Shown in pieces: positions 24,619-38,072 of a DNA stretch of 64,000 bases. Where the stretch lies: contig MU054212.1 of NCBI GenBank assembly GCA_013239625.1, forward strand, positions 3,348,001 through 3,412,000, written 5' to 3'. Source of the DNA: Lama guanicoe. Lineage: Eukaryota. Both the position numbers and the translations under genes were made by a program. A model generated the notes under the pieces. The model had not been told where the DNA came from. It saw only the letters and a program-made list of their open reading frames with translations, and ran no database searches. Each line of letters opens with the position of its first letter. Position 1 is the stretch's first letter.

Positions 24619-27600
24619 AAGAAGGCATCAAATTTTTATGGTATCTGCAATTCTTTGTAGGAGTGTCTGAATGTCCAACTTACTTTTTACAGTGCACTGA
24701 AAAATAATTCATCCTCTGCTAAAAACTACAGGCAGTCAGGAAGAGCTTGGGCAGTGAGGTGCTAGAGAGGAGGATCTTTTGGTGATGGGAGGGCAGTCAT
24801 TTTGGAGTCCCTGAGGCCACACGTTTTAGGCTATTGCCTGTTCAGACTACGAACCAAGCCAGTCCTGGTAGAGATGGTGTATGTGGTAAATTCAAAATAT
24901 GGTTTTTGAGCAAAACCTGGAAAACGAATCAAATTAAAAAATTTAAGAAGCCATAGTGCCCTCAGTCACATAGCTGCCGTAATGTTAGCTCATTGTAGCA
25001 AGGTTTTTTCCTTCTAGAAAGGAACAGCCACAGGGCATGTTGAAGCTCAGAAATCTATATTACCAAAGAACACCCAGCTTTAGACACAGGAGCAGAAAGC
25101 TGATCCAAATGTGGATCATTCAAGGATTCAAAGCTGAGCTGGTTTCAGAGATTCAGGCTTTCAAAAGAACCCAGTGTAAAGGATTATAGAATGAGCCTTA
25201 GGAATTTGAACTATTTGAGGAAATACTGAGTTTTGAAACGTTCGCCTTAAGTCTGAATACAGAGCTGTCAAAAAGCAGTGTAAAAAGCATAATGTTAAAT
25301 TACTCCAGTGATAAAAAGCCTGCCTCTTTTGCTTCACAGGACACTATTTCTGGCAAAAAGAAGACTTCTCAATATGAACACTGGGAAGGACTCCATGGAG
25401 AAAGTAAAAAAAAAAAAAAAAAAGGCATTTTTTTCACTAAAAACGCAGCCAGGCTTCAGTTTGGGAATCTGTGTGGGGAGCACATCTGCGCAGGAGACAT
25501 CTTCACTGAGGAGGTCCAGTCACCTGGTTCTTTTCTCTGTTGGCTGATGTTGTGAGAAATGAGACACACAGCAAGGGGAAGGCACACTATTGTTTTCAGA
25601 GGCCAAATGAAATGATGCACTTCAGGGCACTTCAAAATAAAAATGAAGGAAGCAAATAAAATTTAGGCGTAGAAGATTCCTGAACTAATTCAATTGTGTC
25701 TTTCTTTAAAGCAGACAACCACCTGGAAGCAGTCATAACAAAGACAAGAGCGAATCGATTTTGGTGAGCAAATTAAGTTAAATATTAAGATCTAATCATA
25801 TACTGTCTTGGAAACCGCTGTGAGTTTATTTATTTCCTTTTTAGAACAGTGCTAACAGTTTACAAATGTGCCATGTATCTGTTATCCTCACTGAAAACAG
25901 AATTATTGATTTCTACTAAAAAAAAGCATAAAATAAATATGTCTCTCTAAGGCATATGAGTTATATGAGAATATCAAAGATATCACTGAGAACTTTGAGT
26001 TTCATTTTTTTTTTCTAGAAAAGGCTTTGAGTATTGAACTTCAAAATGGTGTAAACAGAAACATCCAATGATAATGTGTGTCTGAGTATTTGTGTGTTAG
26101 CCATTCAAAAAACTTGGTGATTGATTCAGGTATATGATATAAGAGTTAGAAATTAAGATAAAGGGTCCCTTGGCTCTAGTTAGTATCTCGACATTTAAGA
26201 TATTTCCCAATTTCATGTTTAAAGAGAAAAAGATGCTTGGATCGGGTTTTCCTCACGCCAACCAGCAGAGCCTTGTTCCCGGAACTCAGGATGTTTTACA
26301 GAAGCGGCGGTCTAGGGAAACCAAGTTCAGCCTTTTAGCCCAAACCAGCTACTTTATCGTGGGGCTTGAGAAGAAGTTTATATGCTCACCTGAGAGTTAA
26401 CTCAATTTTTTTCTTTAAATATAAAATAAACACTATTCTCTGGCATTATGAAAGTATGTACATGCAACTGTATGCAGGTAGTTTCTTGTGCAATGTCCAC
26501 TGAGGATACTTCAGAAAAATGAGAAATATGGTTCCTATTTTGTAACTCTCAACATTTAAGCTCCTGCTCCAGGGAACAAGAAGTCTAGTGTTAATATAAC
26601 TTAAACTGGGTGGAGATGAGCCAGTGTTATGTGATTTTTCTCAGGTTTCTTTCAGTTCTATCTAAAGTGGGGGACATTTTGGGCAGAGGCAATGGATATA
26701 AAATACATATGTTAAATTAAAACTTATTAAAAGAGCCCAGAAGTAATTAATCTGTAAGACTGCTGCAATTAATCCATATTAATTATCAATTAATTAATAA
26801 TTTGCTAGAGCCCAGGACTCTGGTAATATTAGCTTTGCTCGAAAATAAACGCCATATGGCTTCAAGGGAATTCCTACTTATGTCAGGAATAAAATATATT
26901 TAAAAAAAGGAAAAAGGATATTTTGCATTCTTCTCAGTGGTGAAAGCACAATAATTCAAAATTAGCTTTGTGTCACGTGAACAGTTTGGTCATTAAAGAG
27001 CCCGAAAATCTATTTCCTAATAATATGGATCGGGGTAACACATAATCAAATCATTCTTGCTTAAAAGAATATGACATTTTCTTCTTAAAACTAAGCTGGA
27101 AATCGATCAAATTAAGGTTTTTTTTTTTTTTTTTCAGGGGAAGAACATCAATTTTCCATTCTTATTTGAATCTGGGTATGGGAGTGAAGTATGGTACTTC
27201 AGTGGCCTGAAGATGATGAATCAGAGCGGTGTCTGGTCAACACTTCCCTGACCATTTATAACAGGCATTTTTGGAGATCTTGTGGCCATTCCATTCCTCC
27301 ATCACCACAATAAATTACAGCTTGCCATTTTCACATCGCCCTTGGGTATTATTCCAGTGGCATTAGCATTAAAATACATTTCTTCTATATAAATGAATTC
27401 AACCTAAGAAAGATGAAAAAAAAATTTTTTAAGCCTTCTAGTTCTAGAATATGCCATTCTTCAGATTTAAGATTAGCTGACGTCAATTTGCCCCATTCGT
27501 TGCTGGAAGCAAGTTGGTCAAATAGCATTTGACTAACATTACGAGATGACAAGCTCTCTCTTTATGACTCTGATTATGTATTCCCTGGCTACATGCATGT

Positions 27601-29689
27601 CCTGCTTTATTGGCCCACGGATTACTTGTGTAACATGTACCCAGTCGCATGGTACAGAGGCGTCACATTTCCCTCAATCTTTGATTAACCCTTAGTTTGT
27701 CTCCAAGACATTTTCATATATCTCAACACGTGTAATCAAGTCAAAGAAGAGAATGATGAATGGGGAGTGGTTAATTCTTACATAGACCAGATGTCTCAGG
27801 TATTACTGGGATCAAACATGAGTTTGTAGGCTGTGAATTTTTAAAATGGCAGAACAAAACAACCTGGAGCAAACAGACCTGGTTAATTCGAACTGTTTTC
27901 TTCTTCAGTATAACATGGGCTAACCGTATGCCATCAAATTCGACTTCTGTTTTATTGGGACGTTTTGTTTGATTGCTTTTCACATCAACTGGAGGAGAAA
28001 GTTCCTTAGATTACTCTACAAATTAGGATATCCAATTTTTTTTAGGAAAAATATTGTGATGTGTGGATAATAAAACTCACTAATCTGGGGCAAGCAGAGA
28101 GGCTCTAGACATCAAGGGAATCCGTGGGCATGGGGCAAGGTTTTGACCAGGGGGACCCCCTGAATCAATAGGACATGAACCCCTGAGCTTCTCAGAATGG
28201 GAAGCATAGATTTGTGATAGGAAATGAACCAGTAGTTGGACATGAAATGAGTTCTGGCACTACACAGACTCAGCATTCCCAATCATTGACATGCCTAGTG
28301 AGACCTGGCGATTCCCTTTTTCAATTGTAGCGTCAATGCTTCCATCACTGCCTGGGAGAAAGCCTTAGGGCTAATACGCTCTTAATGCTACTCACACATG
28401 CCGAGCCACCTTTCCACCAAGAGGGCAGCAGCTAGAGACCCTTCAGAGGCAGTAACGTCCATTTAACCAGATCTGATACCATTGTTCCACCTTCAGTGAA
28501 TTTGTTCTGATTTGGGGTTTCCTTTTATAGTAAGTGTTGTTAAATAGAATACTGGAACTGACAATACTCAAAACAACAAACTACGTTTTTTTTTGCTAAG
28601 TGCCTACATTAGACATTGGAGACAAAGCAGTAAACAGGAAGTTGTAAGACCTGCCCTCAGGGGGCTTACAGGACAGCAGAGACAACGGATGTTAACCAAG
28701 CATTGCTTAAATTAATGGGTTTCAAGTGTGACAAGGGCTGTAAAGGAAAAAAAGCAAGATGCAGTGGGAATGTTCCACCTCATCTGGGGGGGCCTAATTT
28801 TATCTGGCTGGTGTGGACTGCAGGGGGACGATTATGTCTCCCGTGCTGACACCAAAAGCATGTTAATTAATGGAAAAATTTATCAGCTTCTAAGCAGCTG
28901 TGTGACACTATGAGCTCCTGTTGAGCCTGTGGTCATTAACACCCTCAGGTCTTTGTCTGCATGAGCTGCTGTCCCATGGATGCCCCAGCTCTGTAACTCT
29001 TTAATTGATTTTTTTTCTTAAAGCCCAAATGGAGACTTCAAATTTAGTTTTAATAAAGTTCATCTTGATGTGTTTGGTCCTTGTTCTGGTCTGTCAAAAT
29101 AATTTCTGATTTTGATTCTTCATAAACCCTGTCAACTCTTCAGACTGGCATCTTCAAATCTGCTAAGCATCCTTTCTTTCTACATCTCAGGAAGGCATTT
29201 GCAAGAGTTTGAGTTTGTAGATCTTTTCAGTATAATAATTTTATTTTTTTTTAACAGAAGCAAGACTTGTTTCTAGTACAAAATGTCAAAGGACAAGAAA
29301 AAGTTTAAAAAATTAAAAACTTCTATCACATCCTCATGATAGCAATATTATCAATATTTTATGGAATACCATTGCACTCTTTTCCAGTTTGAGGAAAATA
29401 TACTGAAGAAACGAGGAGCACATAGGGCATATATGGTTTTGCAACTATGGGGCACATAACCACGTCTTCGAATTTTCTTCCATAACACAGTTTCAAAATG
29501 TTTTGTCATTTTTTTCCTCATCTGTATTTTATTTAACAAACTCATTTTCTCCAATGTCTATTTTCTCGCTATTATAAATAAAGTTGTGATAAACATCTTT
29601 GTAGATAAAATTCTAAATACATTGCAACCTAGGAATTTGTACATCTTTCGGAGAGATATTTTCACTCCCTTGTAAAACAAAGACTTCTA

Positions 29690-29970
29690 ACGTGGTTTTC
29701 TCAAGGAACCTTCTGTTCCTTGACCATCTGGCTTAAAATCCATCTCAGGCTCCTCCCCAGACACAGTGACTCCGTATTGCCTCCCTCTGCCTTGTTTTCC
29801 CCAGAGCACTTGCCATACTTTAACACATTATTTAATTGTCTCATTTATTTGCTGAAGGCCTGTCTGCCCCCTCGCTAAATGCAAGTTCCACGGGGAAGGA
29901 TTAAGCATTGCTCACCGCTGTGGTTCCAGCGCCTACCATTAAGTGTTCATTAAGTGTCTGTTGAAAGAAC
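29690..29970 (+). mobile_element. L2 3' end
   Basis: 'gtctgccccctcgctaaatgcaagttccacgggga...ccagcgcctacc...aagtgtctgttgaa'. Confidence 0.6.
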
Positions 29971-30829
29971 GAGAGGGGGTCTAGTCTCTCGGGGATACAA
30001 AGTGCTGGAACCACGCCACACTGGGCCCCCAGCCAACACCCACTCCCGCTCCCTCCGCTGACTCAGTGCAGCGCTGCTTTTCCGCTGTGATGATGATCAT
30101 CTTCACTCACTTGTTTCTCTGTTTGGCAAGAGATGCTCCCCTTCCCCCTTCCGTGGTCTCGGGAGGGCATGAGGCCACATTAAAGCTTGCCTGCACACTC
30201 TTCATGTCATATATTATTCTCATCTTTCCAGCTATTGAAACTGTAGCTTTTACTCAATATGCTGATGAAGACAAGGGGGCTCAGGGAGGTTGAATAATTT
30301 GCTGGAGGTCAGCCCATGAGTGATACAATGTTCCTAATAAACTATGACACACCGCCTCTCAGTAGTCACCGCTGAGTGACTCTGGGTAAGCTATGTAATC
30401 TCTCTGATCCTCTTTCCTCATTTATAAAATTAAGGGGTTGGATCTGATCTCTGCATCTGACACTAAAATTACTTTGTGACCAGTATAAACCATGGAGCTC
30501 TTAAAGAATTATTAACCGTGTCCTGACACAGGGGCTTTTCTTTCTGCTAATACTTCTATTAAACAAAGGATGAATTTCCACAGGACCCTTTTAATCTTGG
30601 AATTTTAAAAACCATAGATGGAAGTAGTAAGTCAAATACTGTGTTCTACAATGTTAAATTAGAGAGTTACAGTGTAAAACTATCATAAAATTTTGACCAA
30701 ATATTACCAAAAATTATTAATAATGGAAACTGTCTTTCTAGGTATTATACAATTATATAATTATAATTAAAATTTTAATCCTTTATTCTGTGAAAATAAC
30801 ATCCAATTATTTCTGTAAGGTAAAGACAA

Positions 30830-31075
30830 TCATTGAGCATTTAATATGCGTTTAAGTGGCTCCAAATCCTTTGATATATTAAGTATCTAATCTCACCAAC
30901 AACGCTGTGAGCTATGGAGTGTTATTACGTATCGTATTCTCATTTTACAGATGAGGAGACCTGAGTAGATGGTTTTAAGAAAATTGTCCAGATTCATAGA
31001 TAATAAATGGCAGAGTCAGGATTGGACCCAAACTGTGTTATTTCAAAGCCAGCACTTCTAGTGACAACACTGTAT
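30830..31075 (-). mobile_element. MIR SINE
   Basis: Antisense MIR core 'ctcattttacagatgaggagacctgag...aaatggcagagtcaggattggaccc'. Confidence 0.75.
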
Positions 31076-32379
31076 TAGCCAGTGTCTAGAGGCTACGTGT
31101 TGGGGTGGTTATATCCCAGACAGGGGCGAAACAGATAGATTAGTTCTATCACACAAGAGCAAAACTTAGGACATGTTTTGAAACCCAATTATATAAAATG
31201 GGCTCCTCATGCAATATGCACAATAGAACATACATATTTTATAAAGTAGAATGTAATTCTAAAGCATATAAGTGAATAGAATTCTACAGCGATACTATTC
31301 TTCCACACTATCCTTCATCTTCTTTTACTTTTAATCATCTTACCAATCTTACCTACTGAAATACATAAAGTACATTCTCCTTCTTTTTTTACATCCAAGC
31401 TACAGAACTACATGGCCATAGTTGTAACACTGTTGTTTCACGGAATCAGTAATAAGATGTTAACTTTTTACTCCCGTACATCATTACTGTTTGGTGACCT
31501 GTAGCATGAACATGTCAGCCTCCAGAAAAAGTTTCGTTCTGCAGCTTTGTTATTCGCTGCTTCTGCTGGCAATGATTTTCCCTTACAGTTATGTCAGTTC
31601 CATACCGCTTCACCTCTGAGAATTTGTGATCCCCTTCCTGGTTGGGGCATGCTAGTAGTCTGTTTTTAGTGCAGAAATTCTGAATGACCAAATGTAACGA
31701 ATATTCTTGGAGTTATTTTTCCACTTTATGTGCCTGGTGAGGATCAGCAATGATAGGGCAAAGGAAACAAGAAATGATTGTTACCTGTGCTGCCCCTAAG
31801 AATAAGAACTACCTAGAGGAAACAAAAGCAAGAAACACAGTATCGCCGTAGCATTGTTGTATCTGATAAACATTCATTCAAACGCAGTCCACCGGAGGAG
31901 GAGACCCCTGCCCCCCACCTCCACCTTCAATGAGCTTCCAAGTCCTAATCCTCGAGCCCCATCTCACCTCGTAGCCTAATCACGAAAGGATTTCTGTTGT
32001 TGTCACTGTTATCCGCGAGAGTGGTTATCATTCCAGAGCTCCCTTCGTTTTCACTCCTTGTATGAAAAGCTAATTACCAGCAGCGCCAGCAGCTACTTCA
32101 AATGCTGCAAAAACGACAATTTCCCAGTAGTCTGAAGGCCGGCGAATTCACGGATGGGTCACTAATTAGTAACGTGTATATTAAAACGTTCAATATATTT
32201 CTACTCCTTCCTTGATACAATGATTCTGTAACTATGCTATAGATTCCGTGTGGCTTGTTTTTAAGTGGTGAATGAAAACTCTTGATGTAGAATTGCCACA
32301 AGCCTAGAAGCAAGAAATTCACACAAATTAAATGTTTTATTATCACAAATACGCACAAATCCAAACAGAAAATTTCTTT

Positions 32380-33722
32380 TTTTTTTCCAATGGTACCAAG
32401 CATTTTTTTTCCTTTTTATTATATGTTTCTTTTCTTTTCTTTTTTTTTTAACATTTTTTATTGATTTATAATCATTTTACAATGTTGTGTCAAATTCCAG
32501 TGTTCAGCACAATTTTTCAGTCATTCATGGACATATACACACTCATTGTCACATCACATTCTCTGTGATTTATCATAACATTTTGTGTATATTTCCCTGT
32601 GCTACACAGTGTAATCTTGTTTATCTATTCTACAATTTTGAAATCCCAGTCTATCCCTTCCCACCCTCTACCCCCCTGGTAACCACAAGTCTGTATTCTC
32701 TGTCCATGAGTCTATTGATTCCACATATGAGTGATCTCATATGGTATTTTTCTTTCTCTTTCTGGCTTACTTCACTTAGAATGACATTCTCTAGGAGCAT
32801 CCATGTTGCTGCAAATGGCATTATGTTGTCGGTTTTTATGGCTGAGTAGTATTCCATTGTATAAATATACCACCTCTTCTTTATCCAGTCACCTGTTGAT
32901 GGACATTTAGGCTGTTTCCATGTTTTGGCTATTGTAAATAGTGCTGCTATGAACATTGGGGTGCAGGTGTCATCCTGAAGTAGATTTCCTTCTGGATACA
33001 AGCCCAGGAGTGGGATTCCTGGGTCATATGGTAAGTCTATTCCTAGTCTTTTGAGGAATCTCCACACTGTTTTCCATAGTGGCTGCACCAAACTGCATTC
33101 CCACCAGCAGTGTAGGAGGGTTCCCCTTTCTCCACAGCCTCTCCAGCATTTGTCATTTTTGGATTTTTGAATGACGGCCATTCTGACTGGTGTGAGGTGA
33201 TACCTCATTGTAGTTTTGATTTGCATTTCTCTGATAATTAGTGATATTGAACATTTTTTCATGTGCTTTTTGATCATTTGTATGTCTTCCTTGGAGAATT
33301 GCTTGTTTAGGTCTTCTGCCCATTTTTGGATTGGGTTGTTTATTTTTTTCTTATTGAGTCGTATGAGCTGCTTATATATTTTGGAGATCAAGCCTTTGTC
33401 GGTTTCACTTGCAAAAATTTTCTCCCATTCCGTAGGTTTTCTTCTTGTTTTATTTCTGGTTTCCTTTGCTCTGCAGAAGCTTGTAAGTTTCATTAGGTCC
33501 CATTTGTTTATTCTTGCTTTTATTTCTTCTAGGAGAAAATTTTTGAAATGTATGTCAGATAATGTTTTGCCTATGTTTTCCTCTAGGAGGTTTATTGTAT
33601 CTTGTCTTATGTTTAAGTCTTTAATCCATTTTGAGTTGATTTTTTTATATGGTGTAAGGGTGTGTTCTAGCTTCATTGTTTTACATGCTGCTGTCCAGTT
33701 TTCCCAACACCATTTGCTGAAG
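32380..33722 (-). mobile_element. Young 5'-truncated L1 with perfect 14-bp TSD
   Basis: cagaaaatttcttt at 32366-32379 and 33723-33736; TTCTTT/AA endonuclease-type site; uninterrupted ORF2 3' frame. Confidence 0.95.
32651..33676 (-). pseudogene. L1 ORF2 C-terminal fragment (341-aa open frame, no EN or RT core)
   Basis: Typical ORF2 motifs ([57 protein letters not shown]). The frame continues past the usual ...LICGI stop. Confidence 0.9.
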
Positions 33723-33869
33723 CAGAAAATTTCTTTAAAGTATGCTTAAATCATCTAGCCATTTAATACCTGCAAAAAATTTTTATTTTGGAACTATGGA
33801 TATCACGAACGCTGTGAATCTTTTCCATGTCTGAAAAAAACCCTCATTTTATTCATTATTGTCTTGCTA

Positions 33870-34092
33870 TTTTTTCAACATATAATCGGCATATAACATT
33901 ATACTTGTTTCAGGTGTATAACATAATGACTTGATATTTGTACCTATTGTGAAATGACCATCACAATAAGTCTAGTTAACATCCATCGCTGTACCTAGTT
34001 ACAAATTTTTTCTCTTTTAATGAGAACTTTTAAGATCTACTCTTAGCAACCAACTTCCAAATATGCAATACAGTGTTACTAACTGTAGGCTT
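33870..34092 (-). mobile_element. L1 3'UTR fragment (L1MA-like)
   Basis: 'gtttcaggtgtataacataatgacttgatatttgta...gagaacttttaagatctactcttagcaac'. Confidence 0.7.
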
Positions 34093-35975
34093 ACTATTAA
34101 GTGTATTATTGTTTTTAAAAAGGATGTTTTAATTGATACATTTCTGATCACAAATCAGAACCATTCTTAGAAGCTGTCACTTGCATTAACGGAGTTTTGA
34201 GATGGTGTCCCTTTGCGAATCCAAACTTGACAAATCCAGATACTGACACAGACTGTCAGGTCCAAAATGGACTCCTAAGATGACAACTGAAGCAGACTGC
34301 TACAAACCTGGCTGTCAAAACAGGAATTATGGCTTTGTAATGTAAATACAGCTAAAGGTACAAGTTACTCAGGCACCCATTTGTCAAAAGACAGGACGTG
34401 ATGTGTCCTGTGGTGCTCCACTGTGTTCATTCGTAAGTACCAGGGCAGGAAGGTTTGTGCGAAAGCCTCAGAAAGGAGAGATGAGGTGCAAATTGTACCC
34501 ACAGATCTTAATATTTTATGTTTTCCATGTTTCACATGGTGACATTCTATTATTTTTATATGGATAAAAGCTTCTTTCATTGGAAATGACAAGATTCTAT
34601 TCTAACATATAATCAAAATTATATTTTTATGATAAGGAAAAAAGAAAGAACTGCTTACAAAATTATTTAAGGAAAGAACTAATCCTTTCCTGGCTTCTTC
34701 CAGGTAAAGAGATCACTTGAGCACTGTCTCTGGTGTGGCACTGACCTAGCACGGGGGACCAACGCCTACAAAACAGATGTACTTCGGCTACCATGACTGG
34801 CTGTTTTGGGAGAGGTTCAGAAAGCACAGTGGTGACTGAATCTATAGATTCCAAAGAGGCAGAAATTATGAATCTCTAATGCTTATGACATAGCATAGAG
34901 TGCAAAATATGTAATCGGGGAATCAGCTTTTTATAAAATCTAAACATTTAAAATCTAAGCGACACAAACCACACAAGTTTACCAATTTGCTGTCATCAAT
35001 GGAACGTCTATTATGTATCAAGCACGAGTAAAGATACTGAACAGATGTCATCTAATTGAATGACACCAATGCGAAAGGGATTGCCAGGAGAAAGAACAAT
35101 CAATCCAGAGCGCATTCGTGAAAGCGATTTCTAGGGAAGAGAACTGTTCTCGAAAATAAAAGGGGCCAGCGTGAAGTACACGTCACGCCAGTTGTCTGTC
35201 AGCGGTGTTCGGGGAGGAGCCCGGAGTTCTTCCCTGAACTTCGGTTCACAGCAACAAGCACATTGACCACTTTCCCCCCTTTTATTTAGGGCAGCATTTT
35301 TTTAAGGCTGACAACCTCCTGCAGGGATGTTCTGAAAGACAGAGACGTCTTGTCAGCATTATAAATGTCCTTGGTGGCTGAGGCAGAAGGAATTGACTGT
35401 GTAGGGCGTTCCTGAGAAGTCCTCAGGATTTGAAATGGTAACCATCTTTTTGGCTATGTGTTTTTTTTCTTTTCTTTTCTTTTCTTTTGGATGACAGGAG
35501 ATGTTTTAAAAACTGTGAAGGACAGAACTTTTCAATTCAGTTACCTGTAATCATGTAGGAATCTAACACATAGTAGGTGTTCAATAGACATTTATTTCAT
35601 CTAAGCCCCCACCCCCATCACTGCGGACAACTTTGGAGTTAAGGGGGAATCGCAGACTGTCAAGGCTGCCAGAGGGGGCAGGTCAGGCGCTCCAGCCCTG
35701 GACAGTGAGCCGAGCCTCCTTTCCCTTTGCTTCCAACATGAGCTGTGCTCTTGCCATTGTCCAAACTGAACTCATGTGCAGATGCACGTTAGATGGGGAG
35801 CCAGCCGTAATGTAAGAGTGTATCTATCGAGTGACACACAGCTATGTACGTGTGTGTGTATTCATGCATACATATATGCACACGTGTGCATGCACTGGTC
35901 TTTGGCATATGTCTTGGCCAGCTCCATGTCCTTCTTTTAGAAACTGTTGCCCCTCCTTACCTCAACTGATATAGT

Positions 35976-36646
35976 TGTTACCAGTTTCGACTTAGTGTGT
36001 TCAGAAAAATGTGAGCCTCTATTCACAGCTGTTAGGTTCCAGGGGTGCATCTGTCTGAATTTTTAATGCTGTCATTGCAGCAGAGAAAGGGTTTACTCAC
36101 AAGGCAGCCGAATCTCAGATCCACTTTCCCGAAGGCAAAGGGCTTAGAAATGTTTATGGGTGAAGAGTAGAGGGTGGTTGGAGGTGCAGTGGAAGGTGAC
36201 TGGAGGCAGGGAAAAGGTGAGGTAATGGTGAGTTTCGTGCGTCTTCATGGGACACATGTTGAAAAAATGGTGGGTTAGCGTGATCTGAGGGTGGAGTTTT
36301 TGGTCCTCTGAAGTCAAAAAGTCATCCATTGGGCACTTGCGCCTGTCCAGTTGAATGGTCGGTGGTCTCAACCAGTTTGAACTGGGCAGAACTCACTCCA
36401 CGACCCTTAAAAACAACTTAGGCAACCGTGACTACAGTGACCCACACATAGATAATAGGGATAAAGGCTACAGGGACAAAGGATAAAGGAGCCTTGTGAT
36501 GGGCTGTCTGCGTTACGTGGAGCTTGGACGGTATGCAATTTGCAAAAACAATTAGAGCAACTTGGTGAGTCAAGGGAGGTCACAGGATACTGTTTGTTAA
36601 GCAAGTTACAGTTTAAGGGATCTAACTGATGACCGCCCTCGTTTCA
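35976..36646 (-). mobile_element. ERV1-like solo LTR
   Basis: Termini tgttacc...gtttca. The 4-bp flanks tagt/cggt are consistent with a CpG-decayed TSD. Confidence 0.7.
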
Positions 36647-36654
36647 CGGTATCA

Positions 36655-37395
36655 CCACCTGTCTCACTTAAGCTCCAAACCTAGGGGTTCCCTCTCTTTA
36701 CCCTTTTACATCTAATCTATCATCAAGCTTTTTTTTGCCCTGTTTCCAAAATATTTTCAAAATCCACCCACTTCTCTTCATTTCTACTAATGTTACCATA
36801 ATCTAAACAACCAGCATCCTTCCCTGGAATTACTACAAGAGCTTTACAGTTGATATTCCTGCTTTTACTGTTTCTCCCCATCCTGCTGCCCTGAGTTTTT
36901 TTTAGTTTGCTCAGAATCAAATTAATTTTACCCAGCTCCATACATAAGCTTGTATATCTTTTAGCTCCTGATCTTGCCTGTGACCAACCACCCTCCATTT
37001 CCCTCTCCATTCACGACCCCAGTTTTGCTGCCTTCTTTTTGCTCCTTGAACATGCCGAACGTCTCCTCTTCTGGACCTCACTGCTTCCTCTGTGCAAAAT
37101 TCTGCCTCTTGATGGTATCAGGAGCTGTGTTGTTCAGCTCAGTTAGCCTCAGCTCCTTGGTGATACACACCATTTTCCCCCTCCCTCATTCACACGATCG
37201 CTTCATCACCTTTCTGTTTTATTTCTTTACTGACACTCAGTACTACCTAAAAGTGCATTGTTCATGTGTTTGTTTGCTCTTTTCCCTCACTAGACCATGA
37301 GCTCCATGAGAGGATGGATTTTTTTTATCTATCTGCTCATCACATGAACCCAGCACATCGACAAATGCCTGGCACGTGGCAGACACGTAGAAGCA
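36655..37395 (+). mobile_element. L2 3' fragment
   Basis: Pyrimidine-rich; ends 'ctagaccatgagctccatgagagga...aaatgcctggcacgtggcagacac'. Confidence 0.7.
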
Positions 37396-37479
37396 AAAAC
37401 TAAGAGAGAACAGAATGGATGTATCAGTGGATTTCCCCCAAGTGTTGAAACTAAGATGGAGAATCAATTTCAATCTCTA

Positions 37480-37780
37480 AAAGTTGAATCTTAGACATAA
37501 ACTCATATAAAACTCAAAAGCTATTCAGACAAAGCAGTGAGAAGAATGAAACCGATAGACAGAGAGAGCAGAGACAAGAGCTAAAGACATTCTTGCTGGT
37601 ATTCAACTCAGCTGCTAGTTTTTGGAGACCCAGATATGTTCCCTCTCCATAGTATGATGGTTCAACTTATGCATGAGATATCTTTGCATAATTCCAATAA
37701 ATTCCTCCATCTTTTTTTCCTTGCTTAAATTTGTTTGAATTTGGTTTCTGAGACTTACAATTTAAAAATTCCAAGTAACT
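37480..37780 (+). mobile_element. MaLR/ERVL LTR 3' part (MLT1-like)
   Basis: 'ccaataaattcctcc...gcttaaatttgtttgaatttggtttctgagacttacaat'. Confidence 0.5.
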
Positions 37781-38072
37781 TCGCCTCTGCCTCTCTTCCC
37801 TCTTCTTCTACTGTCTCATCAAACGATAATACACTTTGTTCACCTAGCTTTCTTTTTCTCTGTCTCTTGGAGCTTTACACACGTGCTTCTAACTGCTTGC
37901 ACTACCCTTCACTAATTTTCCTTTGAGAAAACCTTTCAGACACCCCAGACCTAGGGTTTGTACACGCTCTTCTACCACCTGCAGCGGCATCCTCTGTGTA
38001 TCCTCAGCATGTTATTAACAACCAGTCTTGCACCTCTTTATCTGTTTCTTCCACTGCTGTGTTTTCTTGTTT

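Noticed and set aside
28412..28432. CTCF-like motif ccaccaagagggcagc
   Set aside because: Several mismatches to the core; cannot be supported without scoring.
33216..33749. 177-aa hydrophobic plus-strand ORF (also 32487..32849 and 23937..24182)
   Set aside because: Antisense frames of L1 ORF2, a well-known artefact.
34365..34854. Two further possible minus-strand exons
   Set aside because: Weak acceptor (gag) and incompatible phases; joining them gives a stop.
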